40,534 bases of DNA from a virus (taxonomy: Duplodnaviria > Caudoviricetes), in the IMG/VR virus record IMGVR_UViG_3300014208_001117, positions 1 through 40,534 of that record. One strand, given 5' to 3'. Shown here piece after piece: positions 1 to 8,267 of the stretch (position 1 is the stretch's first letter; every line of letters begins with the position of its first letter). The notes under the pieces are model-generated. The model saw nothing but the letters and a program-made list of their open reading frames with translations, was not told where the DNA came from and searched no databases. The position numbers and the translations under genes were made by a program.

Positions 1-60
1 GACAAAAATCTCAAAAAGCATTTTGAATTGCAGTAATCTTTTTCATCTCCAATATCGCTC

Positions 61-114
61 TTTTTTGCATACGGTAAAACTTCGCATATGCGAAGTTTTA
101 CCGTATGCAAAAAA
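61..114. repeat. Perfect 54-bp palindrome
   Basis: ttttttgcatacggtaaaacttcgcat (61-87) is followed directly by its exact reverse complement (88-114). Confidence 0.95.
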
Positions 115-209
115 ATAAAAAAAATAAAAAAAGGGAAAATTGAAGGAGAGGAAGAAGGAAATCGTGGATTGGAGTATCCACTTTTGTTTTTCGCTTTTAA
201 ACCGGTTTT

Positions 210-218
210 TGGTATAAT
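210..218 (+). promoter_or_regulatory. Extended -10 promoter for gap
   Basis: TGgTATAAT 36 nt upstream of the gap ATG. Confidence 0.65.
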
Positions 219-254
219 AAGAACACGCATTATTCAATAATTTTTTGTATTTTT

Positions 255-1292
255 ATGGCAACAAAAATCGCTATTAACGGCATGGGGCGCATCGGTCGGG
301 CATTTATCAATCTTGCCTTGGAACGACCGGAGTTTGATATCGTCGCGGTAAATGATCTTGGCGACATCGTCAATATCGCTTATCTGATGAAGTATGATAC
401 GGCTTACGGAAGAAGCGCTTTTACAATAGAAATAAAAGAGTCCGACGGAAAGAAATATCTTATTGTGAACGGAAAAGAAATTCAGGTGTTCAGTGAAAAA
501 GACCCGGCGAAGTTGCCGTGGGGAGAACTCGGTATCGGATTGGTTATTGAGGCAACGGGATTTTTTGAATCTTATGAAAAAGCGAAATTCCATCTTGATG
601 CCGGCGCAAAACGAGTAGTGGTCACTTCTCCCGTAAAAGGAACTCCGCCGGAAGGAATTGTCGGCGCTTCCATTCTCGCCGGCATCAATGAAGACAAATT
701 TGCAAATTGTCAGATATCGTCCAATGCTTCCTGTACGACGAATTCCGTTAGCCCCGTCATTCAAATTCTCCACGAAACAATCGGCATTGAAAAAGCGATG
801 CTTTCAACCATCCACGCCTATACTGGAACACAAAAACTCGTTGATTCTCCCGATGCGAAAGATTTTCGCCGAGGACGCGCCGGTGCGCAGAATATCGTTC
901 CCTCTACGACAGGCGCCGCGATTGCCGTTACCGAAGTCATCACCGACCTCAAAGGAAAATTTGACGGTCTCGCTTTCCGCATTCCCGTTATCACCGGTTC
1001 CATGTCGGACGTAACTTTCCTCGCAAAAAGAAACACGACGGTGGCGGAAATAAATTCCATTTTGAAAGAAGCGGCAAAGAGCGAACGGTGGAACAAAGTA
1101 TTCGCCGTAACCGAAGACCAGCTTGTTTCTTCCGATATCATCGGACAGCGCATCGCTTCCATCGTTGACCTCGGACTCACGAAAGTCGTTGACGGAAATC
1201 TGGTAAAGGTATGCGCATGGTATGATAATGAAATGGGGTATACGTCGGCGCTCGTGGAGCATGTGGCGAAGATGGTATCGTTTATAAAATAA
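255..1292 (+). CDS. gap: Type I glyceraldehyde-3-phosphate dehydrogenase (host; last codons supplied by the prophage)
   Basis: INGMGRIGR Rossmann motif, catalytic SNASCTTN, C-terminal WYDNEMGY. Confidence 0.98.
   Translation: MATKIAINGMGRIGRAFINLALERPEFDIVAVNDLGDIVNIAYLMKYDTAYGRSAFTIEIKESDGKKYLIVNGKEIQVFSEKDPAKLPWGELGIGLVIEATGFFESYEKAKFHLDAGAKRVVVTSPVKGTPPEGIVGASILAGINEDKFANCQISSNASCTTNSVSPVIQILHETIGIEKAMLSTIHAYTGTQKLVDSPDAKDFRRGRAGAQNIVPSTTGAAIAVTEVITDLKGKFDGLAFRIPVITGSMSDVTFLAKRNTTVAEINSILKEAAKSERWNKVFAVTEDQLVSSDIIGQRIASIVDLGLTKVVDGNLVKVCAWYDNEMGYTSALVEHVAKMVSFIK
1216..1275 (+). repeat. attL (60-bp direct repeat in gap 3' end)
   Basis: catggtatgataatgaaatggggtatacgtcggcgctcgtggagcatgtggcgaagatgg matches 39587-39646 at 59/60 (T1229 vs C39600). 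Confidence 0.95.
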
Positions 1293-1317
1293 GCAAAAAT
1301 TAAAAAGTTTTTTAGAG

Positions 1318-1343
1318 ACTCCGCATTATTTGCGGAGTTTTTT
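1318..1343 (+). terminator. Phage-supplied intrinsic terminator after gap
   Basis: actccgca-ttatt-tgcggagt hairpin followed by a T run. Confidence 0.85.
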
Positions 1344-1347
1344 GTTG

Positions 1348-1401
1348 CGTACTGAACCTTTGTACGACCCAGAGGTTCAGTACGGAGCGCGAAATTGCGC
1401 T
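1348..1401 (+). other. Tandem RNA hairpins at the prophage left end
   Basis: 15-bp stem 1348-1362/1370-1384 with loop tacgacc, then agcgcg-aaat-tgcgct at 1386-1401. Confidence 0.7.
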
Positions 1402-1453
1402 TGGTCGAAAATTTAATAACCAAAAAAAAGCACCATCATGACGAGATTATGTT

Positions 1454-1669
1454 TTGGCACTGATTGTGACGATGATCATTGCCGGTGCTATGACGATGAT
1501 AAACCCATACAACGAAGTCATCAAATCGGAACTTTATCCGGAACTCAAAATGAGAATCCGGTCAAAGAGAGAAGAGAAAATATGGAATAATACTTTTATC
1601 ATTTTTTTGATTCTCTACGTATCGTATTTCGCCGGTCAATACTTGTCGTACTTGACCACAACTTATTAA
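1454..1669 (+). CDS. Small membrane protein, hypothetical (start uncertain)
   Basis: ORF with a C-terminal hydrophobic helix; a competing 50-codon Cys-rich ORF starts at 1438 in another frame. Confidence 0.5.
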   Translation: MALIVTMIIAGAMTMINPYNEVIKSELYPELKMRIRSKREEKIWNNTFIIFLILYVSYFAGQYLSYLTTTY

Positions 1670-1755
1670 GGCTTGTCTTCCCTGAACCGTTCTTGTTCGT
1701 TGCACCCCTGACAAGCCGGTGCAATCCGCAAGGAGACGAACAATAGCGGTTCAGG
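1670..1755 (+). ncRNA. Candidate cis-acting structured RNA (three-way junction with pseudoknot)
   Basis: Stem 1681-1700/1736-1755, inner hairpins tgcacc/ggtgca and tcc-GCAA-gga; loop gacaagcc (1710-1717) complements ggcttgtc (1670-1677). Confidence 0.65.
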
Positions 1756-1769
1756 CAATAAATTTAAAA

Positions 1770-2720
1770 ATGAAAATAGTAAACACTCTTGACCCCTCGC
1801 TTCGCCCGGCAATCGTGATGTTGCTCGCGGGAAACGGAGGCGTCGGAAAAACCACGTTCGGAGCCACTGCTCCAAAACCCATACTCGCCGACTGCGAGAA
1901 CGGGACAAAATATCTCGGACTTCGCGGCATCAAGATGGACATCGCAAAAATAGAAAACTGGGCGGATGCAAAAGAATTTCTTGAGTTTGTAAAAGGGGGA
2001 GATTACGAAACCGTTATCATTGATCCCCTCGATGAAATGATGAGCAAGCTCAAAGGAGCAATCATCGCATCCAATGATCCGAAACTCGTCCAGCGAGACG
2101 GAAGCCCGACGATGGCGGGATGGGGGAAAATGAAACAGGACTTGAAGGACTATCTCAAAGTTCTCCGCGACTGCGGGAAGCACGTCCTCATCATCGCTCA
2201 CGTTGAAGAAAAAGATAATGACGGCGTTCTTGTGAAGCGCCCAAAGGTGGAAACCAAACTCTCGGCCGACATCGTGGACATGGTGGACATCGTCGGATAC
2301 ATGGAAGTCGTTGAGTCCGATGGAATCACCAAACGCATCATCCGGGTGGAAGAGAAAAACGATCGGTATGTCGCCAAGGATCGCACCGGACAGCTCGGCT
2401 CTGTCGTTGAACCGGACTTCGCGAAGATTATCAATGCCTGCCAAGGAACTGAAAAATATTCATGGAGCAGGAGCGAAGAAGTGAAACGCGGCGTTAAAAA
2501 TTCTCTGGCTCCGATTGAGACTGGAGAGAAAAAAGAGGAGACGAAGAAAGCTCCGGAGAAGAAATCGGCGAAAAAGGAAAATGTTTTTGCAGACGAGATC
2601 GAAAAGGTTTTGGATGAAGATCTCGCTCCGATCAAGGAAGACAAAGTGGCCGATAAAAAAGATGCTTTAAAAGAAAAACTTTCCAAAGCGAAATCGCGAG
2701 TGAAAGTATCACTGGAATAA
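1770..2720 (+). CDS. Sak4-like phage recombination ATPase (AAA_24 type)
   Basis: Walker A GNGGVGKTT, ILADCENG, VIIDPLD, LIIAH and AKDR motifs; ATG at 1770 preferred over the ORF-track start, which lies inside an RNA structure. Confidence 0.85.
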   Translation: MKIVNTLDPSLRPAIVMLLAGNGGVGKTTFGATAPKPILADCENGTKYLGLRGIKMDIAKIENWADAKEFLEFVKGGDYETVIIDPLDEMMSKLKGAIIASNDPKLVQRDGSPTMAGWGKMKQDLKDYLKVLRDCGKHVLIIAHVEEKDNDGVLVKRPKVETKLSADIVDMVDIVGYMEVVESDGITKRIIRVEEKNDRYVAKDRTGQLGSVVEPDFAKIINACQGTEKYSWSRSEEVKRGVKNSLAPIETGEKKEETKKAPEKKSAKKENVFADEIEKVLDEDLAPIKEDKVADKKDALKEKLSKAKSRVKVSLE

Positions 2721-2722
2721 TC

Positions 2723-3571
2723 ATGTCAAAAATCGCCAACAAAAGAACGGAAGTCCTCTACAACGGAGATGTTGAGATTGACTTCTATCCGGACAGCCAC
2801 CGGTACAAAATGGCTGGAGAGAAGACCTACCTTATCAGCGCGACCGCCTGCACAGGGATCATAGATAAAAGCATGTTTCTCATTCCTTGGGCGGTCCGGC
2901 TTGTGGGATCGTTCATCACGGAATACTTGGAGCGATCCAAAGAGAATCGCTTCACGAAAGAGGAATTGCGACCGGTTATTGAGGAAGCGCTAATCCAACA
3001 TACGGTCAAAAAGGAAACGGCGGCCGACATTGGAACCGCGATCCATAATTGGTGCGAGCAATTCGCAAAGGCGCAAATGAACGGTACGGAATTTCCGGAA
3101 ATCCCGGAAGAAATTGAGGGAATGAAGCCGGAGGATGTGGGCAAGGTTCATAACGGCATCAATGGGTTTCTTGATTGGTTCAATTCCCGCGATGTGAAGT
3201 TTGAACATTCCGAACGGCTGATCTATTCGCGGATCCATGGCTTCGTCGGGATCACCGACTTCATCGCCCGGATCAACGGATTCCGCGTTCTCGGAGACTT
3301 CAAGAGTTCCAAAGGGGTATACGATGAGCAATTCTTCCAACTCGCCGGATACATGGGGGCGGTGGAAGAAGAGGAAGAGTATTCCAATGAGAACGCCGAG
3401 AAGTTTGAGAACGGTTTGATCCTTCATTTTGACAAAGAGACGGGCGCATTCGGACATTACGAAATGTCGCGCGAGGAGTACGAGAAGAATTACGAAACGT
3501 TTCTTCACGCCTACGGCATCAAGAAGCGTTTGAAAGAATTGGCGGCGAAGAAAGGATACAGCCGCGAATAG
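2723..3571 (+). CDS. PD-(D/E)XK (Cas4/RecB-like) exonuclease
   Basis: AADIGTAIH, E...GITD...LGDFKSS and QLAGY motifs; recombination-module context. Confidence 0.85.
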   Translation: MSKIANKRTEVLYNGDVEIDFYPDSHRYKMAGEKTYLISATACTGIIDKSMFLIPWAVRLVGSFITEYLERSKENRFTKEELRPVIEEALIQHTVKKETAADIGTAIHNWCEQFAKAQMNGTEFPEIPEEIEGMKPEDVGKVHNGINGFLDWFNSRDVKFEHSERLIYSRIHGFVGITDFIARINGFRVLGDFKSSKGVYDEQFFQLAGYMGAVEEEEEYSNENAEKFENGLILHFDKETGAFGHYEMSREEYEKNYETFLHAYGIKKRLKELAAKKGYSRE

Positions 3572-3616
3572 AAAGAAAATAGAAAATTAAAAAAAATCGC
3601 TAAATTTATAAAAAAC

Positions 3617-4447
3617 ATGGTAGATATAAAAAAATTGGCTGAAATAAGCGGCGGGAACGAATACAGCGAGCGCACCAGCATAATGGCCGATGAACTCAAA
3701 CTTACAAACGGGCGCTTCGTTCAAAAACTTATTTCGCAAGGGAAAGGTGCCGACGATCGGTATGAGGAAGTTACGCTTGATGATCCCCTCAAGGTAATTA
3801 TCCTGAAGATCCGCAGACAGATGGTGAAGTACAAAGAAAAAATTACCCGCGATGAAAAGCCGGAGATTGCTTACAAGAGCGCAGAGTACGATAGCCCGAC
3901 CGAACCGGTGATGGTGTACAGTGCAACTTCTTCAGGAGCGAAAAGCATGACGGAAAAGGAGGCGAAAAAATCAACGACATTGGCGGGGGTAAAAGTAAAT
4001 GTAATTCTCTACATGCTTCTCGCTAAAACCGGAGATCTCGTGAGGCTCACCGTTACCGGATCATCGCTTTACATGGGGGACGACGAAACGGCGGAGCGTA
4101 AAGTTCTCCGTCTCTACAACTACCTTCAGACATTCAAGAAAGACGAATACATCTTCGCTTTCAGGACGAATATCGGAGTTACGCAAGAATCATTCGCTAA
4201 AGATGACGGATCAGAAAACGAGTATTTCGCGATGTCGTTTGAGAAATCGGACGCTCTCAATGAGAAACAGCTTGACGCTGTCGGAGATCAGATGATGGAG
4301 CTTGCGGACCATCTCGTGAAGCAGGACGAAAAGGTCGCAAAGAATGGAATAAGGTTCTATACCCCCGGCGGGACGAATACTTTATCAGCAGATGGGCGGG
4401 CAGAGTATCCGAAGGATGAGATTAACTTGGATGATATTCCTTTCTAA
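3617..4447 (+). CDS. Putative single-stranded DNA-binding protein
   Basis: Ends in the SSB-type acidic tail LDDIPF; adjacent to the Sak4-like ATPase and nuclease. Confidence 0.65.
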   Translation: MVDIKKLAEISGGNEYSERTSIMADELKLTNGRFVQKLISQGKGADDRYEEVTLDDPLKVIILKIRRQMVKYKEKITRDEKPEIAYKSAEYDSPTEPVMVYSATSSGAKSMTEKEAKKSTTLAGVKVNVILYMLLAKTGDLVRLTVTGSSLYMGDDETAERKVLRLYNYLQTFKKDEYIFAFRTNIGVTQESFAKDDGSENEYFAMSFEKSDALNEKQLDAVGDQMMELADHLVKQDEKVAKNGIRFYTPGGTNTLSADGRAEYPKDEINLDDIPF

Positions 4448-4451
4448 ATTT

Positions 4452-4706
4452 ATGTCTGAAAAATTGGATTTGATGGACGATGATTGCGACATTGAAGGTT
4501 TTCCTAAAGATTTCCTCCATGAAGACAACGACCGCGATTACTGGACGAGGAAGGCGATGAGGCAGTTCGGGGGAGGATTCGTCCAGCAACTCGCCCATCT
4601 CGCCGAACAAGCAGATTCCAACAATCTCGCCAGAATTAAAGCCGCATGGCCGGAATATTGGAAGCAGTACGAGGAGATGGGGCGATCTCTTAAAGATAAA
4701 AAATAA
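4452..4706 (+). CDS. Hypothetical phage protein
   Basis: ATG 4 nt after the upstream stop; operon packing. Confidence 0.7.
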   Translation: MSEKLDLMDDDCDIEGFPKDFLHEDNDRDYWTRKAMRQFGGGFVQQLAHLAEQADSNNLARIKAAWPEYWKQYEEMGRSLKDKK

Positions 4707-4749
4707 AAAAGTAGAAATTTATAAACCAAGTTAATTAAAATCGTTCTTT

Positions 4750-5226
4750 ATGACAAAAAAAACAAAACAGCCGATGCTTGACGAGGAACCGAAATTCGGT
4801 CTCGTTGAAGCAAGTTTGGAGCTTTTGGCTCTTTCCCTTAAAAACGGATTGTGGAATTTGAAGCTCGGCGTGAATACTGCGCTTGATTCCTCGTATCACC
4901 AGTACAGCTCTTCCATAGAGTTTGATGAACGTCCTTTTGAAGCGGAAATTGAGGAATACGAAAACGAATTGAAGGGGTCGCTTTTTGAGGACGATCCGGG
5001 GCAAAAGCAACAGATTCGGCGGAACATTGACAAGACAAAGGCACGGATGGAGGAGCGACGCAAGGCGTGCGAGAAGATAGAATTTTCCGGAACGGTGAGC
5101 GAGGTGAAATACATGGACGGCAAGACAGTCCTCGCACTCAACATTCCGGACGCTGTGGTCGAACCGATCAGTCGGCAGAGGTTCAATCTCAAGCATTACA
5201 AGATCGCGCTTGTTCCGGTTTTCTAA
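4750..5226 (+). CDS. Hypothetical phage protein
   Basis: 158-aa ORF in the + strand operon. Confidence 0.75.
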   Translation: MTKKTKQPMLDEEPKFGLVEASLELLALSLKNGLWNLKLGVNTALDSSYHQYSSSIEFDERPFEAEIEEYENELKGSLFEDDPGQKQQIRRNIDKTKARMEERRKACEKIEFSGTVSEVKYMDGKTVLALNIPDAVVEPISRQRFNLKHYKIALVPVF

Positions 5227-5253
5227 CACGATATGCCCTCATTATAAAAATTT

Positions 5254-5961
5254 ATGGAAAATGGATGGGTCAAAATCAATCGGTCACTCAAAAAAAAGGG
5301 TTACTACACCCAAAGCGAATATGTGCACCTTTGGGTCCATCTTCTTCTTAGCGCGAATCATGAGGAATCTGAATTTATGTGGAACGGGAAAATTCTGAAA
5401 ATCAAGCGCGGGCAGTTCATCACAGGAAGGCTCAAGTTAGCCAAGGAAACGGGAATCAATCAACATAAGGTAGATAGAATTCTAAACCTCTTCAAAAGTG
5501 AGCAACAGATTGAGCAACAAACTACATCAAAATATCGGCTAATTACGGTCATAAATTACGATAGATATCAGCAATATGAGCAACAGATTGAGCAACAAGT
5601 GAGCAACAAGTGCGCAACAAGTGAGCAACAAGTGAGCACAAACAATAAATATAAAAAGGAAAAGAAGGATAAGAAGGAAAAGAAAGAGAAAAAAAGTTTT
5701 GAACTTCCGGAATGGCTTGATGTTAAGATTTGGAACGAGTGGATGATTTACCGGAAGGAAAAAAAATCACCACTCACGGATTCAACGATTACGAAACAAA
5801 TTGCATTGCTCGAGGAAAATAAATCGTATTACAAAGAAATTATTAATCAAAGCATTACAAACGGGTGGATGGGACTTTTCCCGCTCAATGGAAAAATTAC
5901 AAGACAACCTAAAGCCGAAACCGGAAAATATACCGGTATTGGCACCAAAGTCAATGTATGA
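5254..5961 (+). CDS. Phage replication initiator (replisome organiser, lambda O-like)
   Basis: N-terminal GWVKINR...LLLSANH...RGQFITG winged-helix pattern, internal iterons, C-terminal W..W..YRK...NGW.GLF domain; overlaps the DnaC-like gene. Confidence 0.85.
   Translation: MENGWVKINRSLKKKGYYTQSEYVHLWVHLLLSANHEESEFMWNGKILKIKRGQFITGRLKLAKETGINQHKVDRILNLFKSEQQIEQQTTSKYRLITVINYDRYQQYEQQIEQQVSNKCATSEQQVSTNNKYKKEKKDKKEKKEKKSFELPEWLDVKIWNEWMIYRKEKKSPLTDSTITKQIALLEENKSYYKEIINQSITNGWMGLFPLNGKITRQPKAETGKYTGIGTKVNV
5499..5700 (+). repeat. Iteron array / putative phage origin
   Basis: Eight TGAGCAACA-like units (5499, 5511, 5577, 5589, 5600, 5611, 5622, 5633) at 11-12 bp period, followed by an A-rich tract. 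Confidence 0.8.
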
Positions 5962-6485
5962 TGCAAATTCCAAAAAGATTTGAAAACGTGAAGTTTGAGG
6001 ATATTCCGGCGAGCGTCCGGAAGAATCTGGAAACCATCAAACAAAGCCGGAGGGGGTTATATCTCCACGGCGGATGCGGTACAGGAAAAACGCATGTCGC
6101 GTATGCTATCGCCAAGCATTTCGGGTTTGAAAAAAACTTCAATACAAAAATCTTCGGCGTCGCTGAAATATTACGTTTGATTCGTTCGGATTTTGATCGG
6201 ATAAATAGTTACAAGGAAGAGGAAAACACGAATTTCTACACGATTATAAATTACCGCGGACTTCTCATCCTTGACGATCTCGGAGCCGAGAAAATTACCG
6301 AATGGGCGGAGGAAACGCTGTATGCGATTGTGAACAAGAGATACGAGGAAATGTTGCCGACCATCTTCACAAGCAATCTCAATCTTGAGGAATTGGCGGG
6401 GAGACTTGGGGATCGTATCGTGTCAAGGATTGCCGGGAGTTGCGATGTTGTGGAACTTCAAGGGAAAGATAAAAGATTATCATGA
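5958..6485 (+). CDS. DnaC/IstB-like helicase loader ATPase
   Basis: GGCGTGKTH, LLILDDLGAE, PTIFTSN, GDRIVSRI, GKDKR. Confidence 0.92.
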   Translation: MMQIPKRFENVKFEDIPASVRKNLETIKQSRRGLYLHGGCGTGKTHVAYAIAKHFGFEKNFNTKIFGVAEILRLIRSDFDRINSYKEEENTNFYTIINYRGLLILDDLGAEKITEWAEETLYAIVNKRYEEMLPTIFTSNLNLEELAGRLGDRIVSRIAGSCDVVELQGKDKRLS

Positions 6486-7111
6486 AACACAAAAATTTTT
6501 CCAATCAAAAAAAAATAATTCTTGACCTTTGCGGCGGTACTGGTTCATGGAGCAAGCCGTATAAAGACGCAGGATACGATGTTCGCGTCATAACTCTCCC
6601 AGAGTTTGATATACACGATAAAAAAGTTCAATACATGTGCGTTGCTCTTAAACCATATGGCATTCTTGCTGCCCCCCCCTGCACGATGTTTTCAATGGCT
6701 CGTACTATCGCAAAAACTCCACGAGATATGGAAGGAGCAATGAAAACAGTTATCGCATGTTTGGAAATTATTTGGCGTTGTCAGTATGAAGGAAAGCGTT
6801 TGCAATTCTGGGCATTGGAAAACCCAAAAGCAAGGTTGCGTTGGTTTCTAGGAGTTCCGCAGATGTCGATGAATCCGTTTGAGTTCGGCGACAGGGTGAG
6901 AAAACCGACGGATATTTGGGGAAACTATAATCTTCCAAAGAAAAATCCGGTTGAACTTACGCCAGAAGAAAAAACAAAGTTCGGAGTACACCAAGAGAAA
7001 TTGCCAAAATTGCCGGAAGGATACAAATTCGGAGACAGCAACAAACGCGCGGCGAGAAGGGCGATTACACCTCCGATGTGGGCTATGGCGTTTTATAAAG
7101 CAAATAAGTAA
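6482..7111 (+). CDS. DNA (cytosine-5) methyltransferase, short orphan type
   Basis: Motif I LDLCGGTG, motif IV APPC, motif VI ENP. Confidence 0.8.
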   Translation: MKHKNFSNQKKIILDLCGGTGSWSKPYKDAGYDVRVITLPEFDIHDKKVQYMCVALKPYGILAAPPCTMFSMARTIAKTPRDMEGAMKTVIACLEIIWRCQYEGKRLQFWALENPKARLRWFLGVPQMSMNPFEFGDRVRKPTDIWGNYNLPKKNPVELTPEEKTKFGVHQEKLPKLPEGYKFGDSNKRAARRAITPPMWAMAFYKANK

Positions 7112-7116
7112 AAATT

Positions 7117-7485
7117 ATGCAAGAAGCAATTAAACGAGCGATAGAGGGAGGGTGGAAACCAAAACAACTCAATGACCGTTCTCTTCAAGGATACCAGTTT
7201 CATCGTTACCGTAAAAATTACTCAACTTGGTACAAGAAATACAGCAAAGATAACGAGCCAACGTACTGCTATCTTCCCCATGAAGTTTCACTTTTAGACC
7301 CCGAATTTTGGAAGTGTTTAGGAAAGAGTGAGGGGTGGGAGAGTGGTTGTGGATTACCGCGAAGTGAGTTGTGCGCATGTCGCTCATGTTGGATGGCGTG
7401 GAAATATTACTGGCTCGACTTCATCGACCACCTCGCCCAAGGAGGAACGATAGACGAATTTTTTGAGAAGATATTAAAACCATAA
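7117..7485 (+). CDS. Hypothetical phage protein
   Basis: ORF in operon. Confidence 0.7.
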   Translation: MQEAIKRAIEGGWKPKQLNDRSLQGYQFHRYRKNYSTWYKKYSKDNEPTYCYLPHEVSLLDPEFWKCLGKSEGWESGCGLPRSELCACRSCWMAWKYYWLDFIDHLAQGGTIDEFFEKILKP

Positions 7486-7489
7486 AACC

Positions 7490-7852
7490 ATGAATAAATT
7501 AGTACTAAATTTAGAAGCCTCACAAGCAATAGCCAAGTTTCTTGAAGAGAATACGACGGAGAGTTATTTTTATCACGCTTTATGGGAAACCAACGAATGG
7601 ATAATTTCCGAAAAAAAAATTATTGACAGGACGGACGAGATTGTTTCTCGCGGCGGAAACAAAAAAGCAATAATAGTTCCCGCCTTCACCTTCTCCGAAT
7701 TCATAACGAATGTTTTGCCGAAGATAACTCAAAAGAAATACGGACTTGGTATTTGGAATGCAAGTATTGCGAACGATTGTTTTAAAGACCTTTTACGGGG
7801 TGGAGGTATGGTGGGAGTTAGTAGGAGGATTATCAAGTTATTGGAAGAATAA
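7490..7852 (+). CDS. Hypothetical phage protein
   Basis: ORF in operon. Confidence 0.7.
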   Translation: MNKLVLNLEASQAIAKFLEENTTESYFYHALWETNEWIISEKKIIDRTDEIVSRGGNKKAIIVPAFTFSEFITNVLPKITQKKYGLGIWNASIANDCFKDLLRGGGMVGVSRRIIKLLEE

Positions 7853-7859
7853 CACGTAA

Positions 7860-8243
7860 ATGGCAAAAAAATTCACAATCAAATGCGAGCTCTGCGATCT
7901 GAACACCTACATGAATGCGGAGCGGAGAAATCGTTTTCTTGCGGCGAAAATAAAAAAGGAGGAAACGGAAAGGGTCGCGTGGTCGGCTCGCGCGGCACGC
8001 TTACTTTCCCTCTTTGGGGATGAGTATCCGGTCCGGATAAAGTATCGGTGGTATTCCAAAGACATGCGAAAGGATACCGACAATGTTGCGTTTGCAAAGA
8101 AGTTCGTGAACGACGGGCTGGTCATGGCGGGGATACTGGAAAACGATTCGCGCAAATTTGTTTCCGGGTTTTCCGATGAGTTCTTTGTTGATAAAGAAAA
8201 CCCGAGAGTGGAGGTCGAAATTATCAGCGTTTTAACCACATAG
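7860..8243 (+). CDS. rusA: RusA-like Holliday junction resolvase
   Basis: D-x-D-N...K...DGL...G.L.ND motif and C-terminal NPRVEVEI. Confidence 0.8.
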   Translation: MAKKFTIKCELCDLNTYMNAERRNRFLAAKIKKEETERVAWSARAARLLSLFGDEYPVRIKYRWYSKDMRKDTDNVAFAKKFVNDGLVMAGILENDSRKFVSGFSDEFFVDKENPRVEVEIISVLTT

Positions 8244-8267
8244 AGCTATGCCGGAACACGAGATAAT
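8230..8267 (+). promoter_or_regulatory. Putative phage late promoter, copy 1 (packaging operon)
   Basis: TTTTAACCACAT (8230-8241), 20 nt, GATAAT (8262-8267). Confidence 0.55.

Noticed and set aside
2723-3571. CRISPR-associated Cas4
   Set aside because: No Fe-S cysteine cluster pattern, no cas genes or array; context is phage recombination.
5499-5641. CRISPR mini-array
   Set aside because: Units are 9-12 bp with no spacers and lie within a coding frame; they fit iterons.
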